Shown here: positions 28,291 to 38,559 of the stretch, one piece after another
How positions within the stretch are numbered: position 1 is the first letter of the stretch
Layout: every line of letters starts with the position of its first letter
Origin: the human T2T-CHM13v2.0 reference genome, Homo sapiens
Reading direction: 5' to 3' (one strand)
Length of the DNA: 64,000 nucleotides
NCBI RefSeq assembly: GCF_009914755.1
Contig: NC_060931.1
Translations under genes and position numbers: made by a program
Notes under the pieces: generated by a model
Databases searched by the model: none
What the model was told of the DNA's origin: nothing
What the model saw: only the letters and a program-made list of their open reading frames with translations

Positions 28291-28589
28291 GAAATAGTCA
28301 ATCATTGTAAGTCAGTAATACGACAGGAGAAATTGGAAATCCTTCAGGGTGAAGATTTTATTTTAGTAACATGCTTTATTTTAGCACAAATGCATACCAT
28401 GGACTTGCTGGGGATGGGTTGGGGAGGGATGATACAGTCATTATAGAAAATCATATCATATTTTATTCATTATGCTTATTCATTCATCACATGGTCACTT
28501 TGAATTCTTACCATTCCTTATATTTCCAAGATCAAATTTGTTTCTTATTATGCTAATATCCCTATAAATTCCCAGTCTCCAGGAGGTCT

Positions 28590-28706
28590 GAGTTGGTTCT
28601 ATTATGACTTATTCCACCTGCCAGGGGAGAAACTGTTCCTGAGAAATGAAGGGACTTTCCCAGGGCTTCAGGGTTAGAGAGTGGCTGGTTTTAGACAAAC
28701 CGGTGC
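28590..28706 (-). mobile_element. MIR fragment (probable NUMT insertion target)
   Basis: gagaaactgttcctgagaaatgaagggactttcccagggc resembles antisense MIR core. Confidence 0.5.
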
Positions 28707-28870
28707 TACCCATACTGTTAACCCAACACAGGCATGCTTATAAGGAAAGGTTAAAAAAAGTAAAAGGAACTCGGCAAATCTTACCCCGCCTGTTTACCAA
28801 AAACATCACCTCTAGCATTACCAGTATTAGAGGCACCGCCTGCCCAGTGACATATGTTGAATGGCCGCGG
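28707..28870 (+). pseudogene. NUMT: nuclear copy of a mitochondrial 16S rRNA (MT-RNR2) segment, about m.2410-2575
   Basis: aacccaacacaggcatgcttataaggaaaggttaaaaaaagtaaaaggaactcggcaaatcttaccccgcctgtttaccaaaaacatcacctctagc...ggccgcgg is recognisable mt-16S; includes the 16Sar primer site at 28787-28806; about 6 differences in 157 nt versus recalled human mtDNA. Confidence 0.97.
28738..28818 (-). other. Intact SHLP4-type small ORF inside the NUMT (MLEVMFLVNRRGKICRVPFTFFNLSL*); expression unknown
   Basis: ATG at 28818 to TAA at 28738, 26 codons; matches the recalled sequence of mitochondrial-derived peptide SHLP4. Confidence 0.8.
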
Positions 28871-29174
28871 CTTTCTACGTCTCTAGGGGCTGTGGAGAAT
28901 ACGTGAGAAGACCGCATCCCCTGCTCACATGCAGGGCATACCCTACAGTGGAGCTGTATGGGGCTGCCTGGAAGCCCCCTCACCCCAGGTAGAGAAGTAA
29001 CTGACTCCATGACTCCTCCAGTAGCAGCCTCCAATGTGCAGGGAGGAGAGGCACTGAGCACCTGTGCCAGTCCCTGGCCTCTCATCCAGAACCCAGCCCC
29101 AGGGATGGGAGTGCTCCAGGCAATAAGTGGAGAAAAGCAGTTAAGTTAAACTCCCTGGGAGAGGCTGGGGCACC

Positions 29175-29518
29175 GTCTCAGCCAGCTGGGTCTCATATGA
29201 TGGAATACAATAGCTGACGTGGCTTATAAACGGTAGAAATTTATTTCTCACAGTTCTGGAGGCTGAAAGCCCCAGGTCAGGGTGCCAGCACTGTGGGGTG
29301 ACTGGTGGGGACCTGCTTCCAGCTGGGAGACGGTCACCTTCTTGTGATGTCCTCACATGATGGAGGGGACAAGGGAGTGCTCTCGGGCCTTTTTTATGAA
29401 GGTGCTGAGCCCATTCATGGTGGCTCTGCCCTCATGACCTAATTAGCTCCAAAGGTCTCACTTCCAAATATCATCACCTTGGGGGTTAGGATTCTAACAT
29501 ATGAATTTTAGTCCATAA
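29175..29518 (-). mobile_element. MaLR LTR (MLT1A/MST-like)
   Basis: ggcttataaac...agaaatttatttctcacagttctggaggctg...atcaccttgggggttaggatt..aacatatgaatttt. Confidence 0.85.
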
Positions 29519-29526
29519 TGGGCATT

Positions 29527-29588
29527 TCTCTCTCTCTCTCTCTCTCTGTCTCTGTCTCTCTGTCTCTCTCTGTCTCTGTGTCTCTCTG

Positions 29589-29626
<38 letters not shown>

Positions 29627-29652
29627 TGTGTGTATGTGAGAGAGAGAGAGAG
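29527..29652. repeat. (TC)n(TG)n(GA)n compound microsatellite
   Basis: Visible directly. Confidence 0.95.
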
Positions 29653-30039
29653 ATACAGACAAACAGAGATGGGGAGGGACCAGGAGATACTCCTTCCCAT
29701 TGCATCACTGATCCATGCACAGTCTTGGCTCCTGTTTAGGGGAGCAGAAGTGTTTGGCTCTGCCCTCCTTTCAGAAAGGGGTAGTTGCCTGTTTACAGTA
29801 GGTAGGGCCATGCTGGGCTCCTCCCTCCCCTCCCTTGGCTGTGGTCCCTAGGTAACCAGGAGATACCCTGCAGGTCTAGCCCTGGCACCCTGTTTGCTCT
29901 TTGTTCTGCCACATCCCTTGAGGTCTGAGGGACACTGAGGTGAAGTTTGGTCCTGGAATGCACCTGACCACCTTCTCCTGCCCTTTCCTTGCACTTTGCT
30001 TCTCTGATCTCCTGGGAGAACTCTGCCATCTGCACTCTT

Positions 30040-30222
30040 TTTCTTAGTCTCTTTCTCTCTCCCTGTCTCCTTCTCTTCTCTCTCAATCTTGTTTTTCTGT
30101 CTTTCTCTTTCCTCTCAATCTCTCTGTCTGTCTCTCTCTTTCTTTGCCTGTCTCTGTCTCTCTGTGTCTGTCTCTGTGTCTTTCTTTGTGTCTTTTTCTC
30201 TCTGTCTCTCTGTGTCTCTCTC
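30040..30222. repeat. Degenerate CT-rich repeat
   Basis: Visible directly. Confidence 0.9.
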
Positions 30223-30554
30223 CATCTTTTCCAGGGCAGACATCCTGCCTTGCCATTTCCTGCATGTGTTTCTCTTGTCCATTCCAAGTTCAGAGCAGCC
30301 AGAAACAGCAGCCACACCCCAGTACTGATCTGAGCAGAGACCAGGCATGGACTATTGGGCAAATCCTTATGGCTCACATCATAGACTAGGTCAGGAAAAT
30401 ATCGTTCCTCTGTTTCTTTTCTGGGATTCTCAAGGACTGTGGATGGTAGGTGGTGCCACCTGATTGGAGTAAGAGAACGGGTGTGTAGGTACCCTCCCAG
30501 GAGGGTGAGCAGATCTTAAATGATAAATCCACTTGAACATTCTAATTTCCCTAA

Positions 30555-30850
<296 letters not shown>

Positions 30851-31134
30851 TTCCCTAAGTCTTTGAATCCCTTCCTCTATAGCATGTCAAGGCAGGTCCA
30901 TCATTTCAAGCTCACTTACTGTAGGCCACCTTCTGGCCCGTGTTGCAGTCAACCAACCAAACAGAACCTTTTCTAACTCCTTGAGCTGCAACATTAAATA
31001 GAGAATCACTGCTTAGGGAGCCCATATCAATAAATTCAGCCTGATCCAATCCAACTTTTTATGTTTCTTTCACTATTATCCAACACCTTTAATATCCATT
31101 TCTACGCATGCTTCCCAGACTTCTGTCTGTATAA

Positions 31135-31455
<321 letters not shown>

Positions 31456-31770
31456 TAAAGTGGTTCTTTGGGAGTGCAGCACACCTCCTCATGGGGCACA
31501 CTTTGATCCTTACTGTTAAAGGCATGCTGGGACTCTGGTCTAGTTCTAGCTCTAGAAGCAAAAAGGGGTGTTGGGGTTGGGTCCCAAGGAGAATCAGCAC
31601 TGTTTTGCATGGCAGCTGCCTCAGGGGAGGCCTTTGCAGCTTCCCCAGGCAATGCAGAGTTAATCCCCTCAGTCAGGGCTGGAGAGGCTGCTTCTACTGG
31701 CAAGGAAGACTTACCAGAACACAGAGGATCAATGTCTCCAGTTTCATCAGGGTCTTCCCACATGTCCCCA

Positions 31771-32414
31771 TGAAGTGGCTACCTTGTCTGGGGTATATAA
31801 CTGGGGTTCGTCATCTTGTGCCAGGGAAATTTAGGACACGAACACTCATGAGGAGTTTAGGAGTGGAGGCTTAATAGACAGAAGAAAGAGAAAGGAGAAC
31901 AGCTCTCTCTATTGAAAGAAGGGACTTCCAAGCGGAAAGACTGGCTGGCAGGGGATGTGCGGGATTTTATAGTCTGGCTTGAGGAGAGGGTGTCTGATTC
32001 ACGTAGGGCTCACAGATTGGTTCCATCAGGTATGACGTTTACATGGTGTGTGGGGAAGGCTGGTCACCGCACCCTAGTCTTACAAGGCAAATAAACTCTC
32101 CCCTTGGCCAGCAGCCATCTTGTCTGCTCCTTACTGTACAGGTGGCTGGCAAAGAAGGGAAGTTGGAGCCGCCATCTTGAACATGTCTAGTCCCTAGTTC
32201 CTGCCGGCATTCACCCGTGCAAGCTCCCAGCCTGCTTGTCTATGTCTGCAGCTCAACATTACAGGCTGCTCTTTGTTAGAAAATGATTTGGGGCTGCTTT
32301 TCATTAAAAACAAAATCTTACCGAGGACTCCCATGCCCTCACTATTTGCCTAAGTGATTTGTTCTTAGACGGCCACAGAGTCTCAGTAATGCCTCGGTAA
32401 TAACTCCTGTATCA
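31771..32414 (-). mobile_element. LTR9/MER61-group ERV1 solo LTR
   Basis: Reverse complement TGATACAGGAGTT...CCCCAGACAAGGTAGCCACTTCA; 4-bp TSD ccca at 31767-31770 and 32415-32418; gag homology resumes on both sides. Confidence 0.85.
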
Positions 32415-33039
32415 CCCATACCAATTTTCAGTATCATTTTCTTCCCAATCAATTTCTCATTTTAAGAGTAGACATCCTGCTTGGTTGTCCAATTCAATTT
32501 GTGTTGTAATTCAGCCACTTGTAGGGTGTGATTCGATTATAGTTTTGGTTTTCAGCAATCTCAGCTCTGCAGCTACAGAAAATAAGGGTCTCTTTCAGGG
32601 CAGGGATAGAAGCTTTCAGGTCATTTATGCGGAGCTTGAGCTGAACATTTGATTTCCCGAGCTCATCCTTTTCTTTCCCCGCTTTGTCCAGTGACATCAG
32701 GAGCAGTCAACCAATCTCATTATACTTGTTAGTTTGATTAAAAATGTTTGATGGTACCATATGCATGACCACTCAGATCCTTGGCTCTTAATAAATTTTT
32801 GATTATGAGTATTCAACAGTGATGTTTTACCTAACTCTACTGTTACATCACACCATGGACTATCTGCATTCTCTCTACTATTAGGAGTAGTCATCAGTGC
32901 CTTTAAAGGTAATCAGCTTAGAGAGCCAATTCCAGAAACCCCAGAAGCAATTCAGAAAGCTCCTGAAGATTTAAGATCTTAAGGATTCTCAAAATGCTTA
33001 AGATTCTGTTCCTCTAGAACCATCCTTGGTATTAAAATC

Positions 33040-33486
33040 TGTAGTAGTCCATATAAACAGAATCAATAGGTGGTAGAAATCTGTCTGTATCTGTATTTCT
33101 CCAGCTCTATCTCGATGTCCATCTATCTATATTTATCTATAGACAGAGGAATTGGCTCATGTGATTATGGAGGCCAGCAAGTCTGACATCTGCCGGGCGG
33201 GCCAACAAGCTGAAGACTCAGGGAAGAGTTGATATTACAGTTTTGAGTCCAAAGTCAGTCTGGAGGCAGACTTCCCTCTTCCTCGGGGGACCTGAGTCTT
33301 TTTCTCTGAAGATGTTCAGCCGATTGGATGAGGCCCACTCACACTGTGGAGGGTCACCTGCGTTACTCAAAGTCCGCTGGTTTCAACGTTGATCTCATTT
33401 AAAAACATACCTTCACAGCAACATCTAGACCGGCATTTGACCAAACATCTGGGTGTCATGGTCTAGCCAACTTGACACATACCACA
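33040..33486 (-). mobile_element. MLT2 LTR (5' LTR of the ERVL relic)
   Basis: ggaattggctcatgtgattatggagg...gattggatgaggcccac...ctagccaacttgacacata; abuts the ERVL leader. Confidence 0.88.
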
Positions 33487-34164
33487 AGCATAATTTGAGA
33501 TAGGAAATAAACATGGGAGAGGTTTGTTGAGGGGACAGGTGGCCACAGAGTCTCAGTAATGCCCTGTTCATACCCACTTCACAGCCCTCTGTGGATGGAA
33601 GCTAACTAGTCCCAGGAGGAGTCATGAAGAAGTGGTGGCCGGCTTTGGGAGTAGCCTGCCTCATGGCACTGCTAGTCTCTCCTGAGGGCCCAGCCGCCCC
33701 TGAGGACCCAAGCTTTAGGGTGAAGACTAGCAGATGAGCAGGACAGAGAACTGCTGATGTACAGAAACTGTTCTCTTGCTCTCTTCCTCCACGCCTGGGC
33801 CTGAGAACCTGGAGCTAGCTCTTTTTGGAGTTACAGAATTGGGAGAGAGGCCTTGGCTTCTCCTGCTATGACTGACTGATGACATGAGGAGCAGGGATGG
33901 TATGAGCCCTCAGACCTGGTTCCTTCCAGACCTGCCTGGGGCAAGTGGTGGCCCTGCTCCTCCCGTGCAACCCTTCCTTCTGGAGGGTCAGGAAGCCTGT
34001 CTCTCTTTTCCTCTTTGTCCCTGGTGTGTCCTTCTGGGTAAATGTGTCTGCTCTGCACACTTGAAGCTGCCCATGGAGGGGGTGTGTAGGTGGGAAGGAG
34101 TCCAGCTGTGGCTGCATGCCAGGCTCCAGAGTTTCCAGTGCACCTCACCAGTGGCAGAGTTGAG

Positions 34165-34305
34165 ACACACATGTGCACACATGCACACACATGCACATAC
34201 ACATGCATACTCATGCACATACCCACAGCCACACACATACACATGGACCCACATGCACACATGTGGACACACAGAGACACACATGTACATGCACACACAT
34301 ACACA
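34165..34305. repeat. Degenerate (CA)n/(CATG) repeat
   Basis: Visible directly. Confidence 0.9.
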
Positions 34306-34529
34306 TTTTCTATCAAACTGGCCTGTTTCCAGTTGACTCCAGCCCACCAGGTGGGCAGTGAAGGTATGCTTACTGTCCTTAATACTTGCCCTAGGGGTAG
34401 TGACAGTGCTATTACCAGCTCCTGTGACTTTGTCACCAAGAGAAATCACAGATAGTTCCATATCCAATTACAGTTACGGCAGATACTCTGAAATATGGTT
34501 TCTCACCAGTGCTTTAAAATTACGGTGCT

Positions 34530-34765
34530 TCATAGACACAGGGAGGGGAACATCACACACTGGGGCCTGTCGGGGTTGGGGGACAAGGGAAGGGAGAGCG
34601 CTGGGACAAATACCTAATGCATGCGGGGCTTAAAGCCTAGATGACAGGTTGATAGGTGCAGCAAACCACCATGGCACATGTATACCTATGTAACAAACCT
34701 GCACATTCTGCACATGTATCCCAGAACTTAAAGTGAAATAAAAATAAAATAAAATAAAATAAAAT
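34530..34765 (+). mobile_element. L1PA (about PA7-like) 3' end
   Basis: Canonical L1PA 3' UTR, (TAAAA)n tail, TSD aaaattac(g/a)gtgct at 34516-34529 and 34761-34774 at a TTT/AAAA site. Confidence 0.95.
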
Positions 34766-35174
34766 TACAGTGCTCGCTACACATTCTGCTGGATCTCGTT
34801 GTATTTAATGCATAATGAAGAAACACACATGTCACAATATCACAACTCCATTGCCTTTCAAATCGTAAGGGTTTTAGTCCATGCATTGGAAAACATTATT
34901 CTGCTCCTTGTCACATCTTTGGACGCCAGGACTCTTCTGACATGCCACAGGATAACTGTCCAAGCAACAGTCTACCACAAATGGTAGACACAATCACACT
35001 AAATTCCAGGAACCAATAGAAAATCCTTAGTGATGCATTCAACCAGGCCGAAAGCAGGAGAAGCAGAGGACACAGGCCATGGGGGTTGCTGGGCTCCTGC
35101 AGGGTGCTGGGTTATCTCTCCTCTGAGTGAGAAGGAAAGTGCTGGAAGGTGAAGGAAGATGATGGGATTTAAAA

Positions 35175-35445
35175 CAGTGGTTCTGAAACATTTGCACTTG
35201 GTGTTCTTAAAAATATTGAGGGGACAAGGAACTTTTGTGTATATGTCTCTCCATGTTTAACATAAGAAATCCAAACAAAGGAATTTAAAAAATAGGAATA
35301 CAAAGCAACCGTTCCATTCCATTAGTCATGGAGGTGCCAGAAAGCTCCACTTGGGAGAAAGTGAGAGTGAAAAGGCATTTTTTTCTTAGTATTTTTATGT
35401 CACAGGTATCCCAAAGGAGGCTGGGGGTGCCCACAGGAGTCCTCA
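35175..35445. mobile_element. hAT-Charlie (Charlie1-like) DNA transposon relic
   Basis: cagtggttct terminus; cttaaaaatattgagg; gagagtgaaaaggca...cttagtatt. Confidence 0.6.
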
Positions 35446-35459
35446 GGGAGGCTGAGGTC

Positions 35460-35720
35460 AGGGGGAGGATGGGGAGCCCGGATGCTGTTTTGCATATGAC
35501 TGGTGAGAGAATCCTACAGACACCCAGGTGGAGATGTTACAGACAGACTGGAAACATGAAATGGCATTAAGGGGGAAGTCTCAGCTGGAGGTAAGCATTT
35601 AGGGGTCGTCCACATAGAGGTGCATTTGGAACTGAGGATGGAGTGTGAGGAGGTGAGAGAAGAGGCCCCAGACTGGGAACAGGAAAAGCTGGCACCAGAA
35701 GGGTGGTGTGGAGGTGGAGG
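35460..35720 (-). mobile_element. L2 fragment
   Basis: gacacccaggtggagatgtt...gctggaggtaagcatttaggggtcgtc. Confidence 0.65.
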
Positions 35721-36810
35721 GCAGCCGGGGATGGGAGAGGATGGCAATCAGTGTATGCCCTGACCTGAATGTGCCACATCTGTGCTCTGCTGTCTAGCCG
35801 GTGAGCTGTTTGCAGAGCTCTGGCTTTTGGATGCAAACAGCTCACCAGGACCCACATGTCTGGATGGTGGGGAAACCACTCCTTTCCCGTGAGCAGGCTC
35901 CTGTCTTCCCTTGTGTCTCCTCTGTGTAGGGAGGTGTCCTGCTCATTCATGCAGGGACTTCAACAGAAAGATGACCTTGCATGTGGGGAAAGGAATGGAG
36001 GTGCCTGAGACACTGCCTGGAGCCCCAGCTGCTCCCTGCTCCCCACATCCTGCCCTCCCCAAAATGGGGTTGAGCACCCAGCCCCACCCACCGCCATGGA
36101 TCTCAGTGGCCCCTGCCTGCTCCTCCCAGGAGAGTGGAGATGTAAGGTAACTGGGGGGACTGTCCAGGCCCCCATGGGCGCCTCTGGTGAATGTCCATCC
36201 TGCTGCTCCCTAGAAAATTCCCTGCAAATAGAAGACGGCAAGGAGGGCCGCGAGCTGAGTGTGACTGTGGGTGAGGCCACTCACCTGCTCAGAGCCCCAG
36301 TTTCCACATGAGAAATTAGATCCATCCTGATGGTTTCTAGAAGTTAGAAACATGCAGTGGCAGTTGAAGAGCTTCTCAGTTCTGACCTCGGGACACACGT
36401 GTCCCCTTCCTTGGGGACTGCCTGTGCCACCTCCACTGGCTTGGTCATCTGGGTTCATGGTTCACACCCACCCTTCCAGGCTGCGGTTCCCTCCTGCTCC
36501 AACAGAAGGACCCTGTAGTGGAGGAGTGAGGGTGTACCTGGACACCAGCGCAAGATAGGAGGGGCCCCTGATTTCCCGGACGCCAGCTCGGAGCAGATGG
36601 CCTGGCAGGGAGGTTTTGCTTTTGCGCAGGGCCACAGAGCAAGGTAAGAGGGGCATCTTCAGATATTCTCAACCGGAACTCCTTATTCACACCAAATTGT
36701 GTTCTGACTTCCACCGCCATTCGTTCATTCATTCATTCATCCACTCAACAAATAAGGAGCAGCTGCGTTCCAGGCGCTGGTTGTGGCTGTGGCAGGGTGC
36801 AGGGAGCAGA

Positions 36811-37005
36811 AGTACGCGGTGAGACGGTGCATGCGCGCGCAATCAGATCCGGGTTAGCAGGATGCATCTTTGAGGTCCCCAAACCAAGCCACCTGCACGG
36901 ACCCAATATCTCTGGCGCGTCCCGAACGCCGTGGATTGGCGTCTGCCGCCCCCTGCCGGCGGCGCGCTGCACTGCAGACACTGAACTCGCCCAATGGGTG
37001 CGCTG
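36811..37005. promoter_or_regulatory. Small CpG-dense regulatory element (CCAAT x3, NRF1-like site, CTCF site)
   Basis: About 20 CpG in 195 bp in a CpG-depleted window; CCAAT/ATTGG at 36903, 36935 and 36991; gcatgcgcgcgca at 36829-36841. Confidence 0.7.
36944..36976 (-). promoter_or_regulatory. CTCF site with upstream (ZF9-11) motif
   Basis: Minus strand TGCAGTGCA-gcgcg-CCGCCGGCAGGGGGCGGCA: upstream motif, 5-bp spacer and core. Confidence 0.8.
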
Positions 37006-38559
37006 AGGGTGGAAGACCCTGACCCTGCTCTTCAAACCTCAAAGGGCAGTTTCTTCTCACTGATGAAGGGGCTGGTTGCTGTCTTAAGCATGTAAAAAGG
37101 AGGGCCATGCCTTTGAGGAGTGAACCGGGTTGTCTCATAGATCTGCTTAGGTTTGATTCAGAGCATCTCCAGCGCTCCCGTCCCTGGTGCATTGTAGAGA
37201 CAGGAGCTGGAGGGGCCTGGGGACCTGCGGACCCAGTGTCACCTGCCCATACCCTTACACATTTCACAGACTAGGAGGGACAGGGAAAAGGGCTTTGCAC
37301 ATTCAGGGAGAGTTAGGGCTAAGACCATGCATGGGGCCCTCATCCCCTGACTTTCAGCCCAGGGCTCCTCCCATAACCCCGGAGTCCTCAAAGAAGCCCT
37401 GGGACAGCCTGATGCTCCTCCTGGGAGGACTGAGCTGGGGACCAGGGCTGGAGTAGGGGGTCCTTGTGTGGCTATGGTCCTTCCAGTCCCTGTGAGCTCG
37501 GCTATGACTCGAGTTAATGACCTTGAGAAAGCTCTGAGCCCTTTAGGCAAATGCAAGACGGGTTATAAGCTACAAGAGCAGAAAAACAAAGGGAAAGCGA
37601 GGAAGCCGGCTTTCTGGATGGTCTGGCAAATGCAGATCCCAAGCCTCTATACCGCAGAGCCAGGCCCAGGTGAGTGGTGTGGTTCGCCATTTGCTGGTTT
37701 GGGTCCTGAAACTCCTCATGTGAACCCCATGTTTCCTTCTCCACATCTGGGAGGTGACCAGGCTGGGCCTCACCTTGTTTATTGGGCTAAGGGCACTGCC
37801 TCTCATTAAAATGCAAATTCCTCAGGAAGGCAAGGCCTCGAATTATTAAGTTACTGGTAGAAAGTTTTAAATACATTTCTTTAAAAAGATGTGCTAAGGA
37901 GATTAGAAAAAGCTGGGAGACACGGGCTGATCAGCGATTATTGTCCCCAGGGAGCTGACTTGCGCATTTCAGGGGGTAGTGGTGGAGGTGGGCTCTGTGG
38001 GAACTACATGCTGGGTACAGGCTGCCGGGGAGGACCTGATATCTGGGAGCAGGTGACAAGGCCTCTCATCCTGACAAACTGTGGGAGATGCATAGCTGAG
38101 GAGAGAAGAGGGAGTGAAGGGAGTGGGGTCAGGCCCAGTGTCCCAGGACTTTGTTAGGACAGGCAGTGGACTGTGTTTCTAGCTCCCCACAGCAGAACAT
38201 GGCTGTTATTAATCTCTCCCTTTCCAAACAGTGACACGGAGGCACACAGAGACTGAGGGGCAGGGTGAGTCAACTGCTCATTTTTGTCAGCTAGTGGGAT
38301 AATTTCTCTTAGGGAGTGAACTAACTCTGTTTAGGAGAGTAACTAAGAGGGTAGAAGGCACAGTCCAGAGGGCATGGGTTGGGCAGAGAGAACCTAGAAA
38401 CAGTGAAGCAAGCCTGCCAAAGAGTAGGGCCTCTGCTGCCTGGGAGAGAGGAGAGACCACGAGGGAGGGAGCCATGGAAGAGACAGAGCCAGGCCCATGG
38501 CCTTGGTCAGCAGAAAAGGCTGGGGGACTTTCAGGTGTCCAAGTTTTACAATTACTTTT

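Noticed and set aside
28707-28870. Humanin-like (MTRNR2L) gene or functional rRNA
   Set aside because: The fragment ends before the humanin ORF and is only about a tenth of 16S
29793-30377. 194-aa charged ORF, and similar ORFs at 19893-20383, 21106-21427 and 33831-34439
   Set aside because: Open only because they cross simple repeats lacking stop codons
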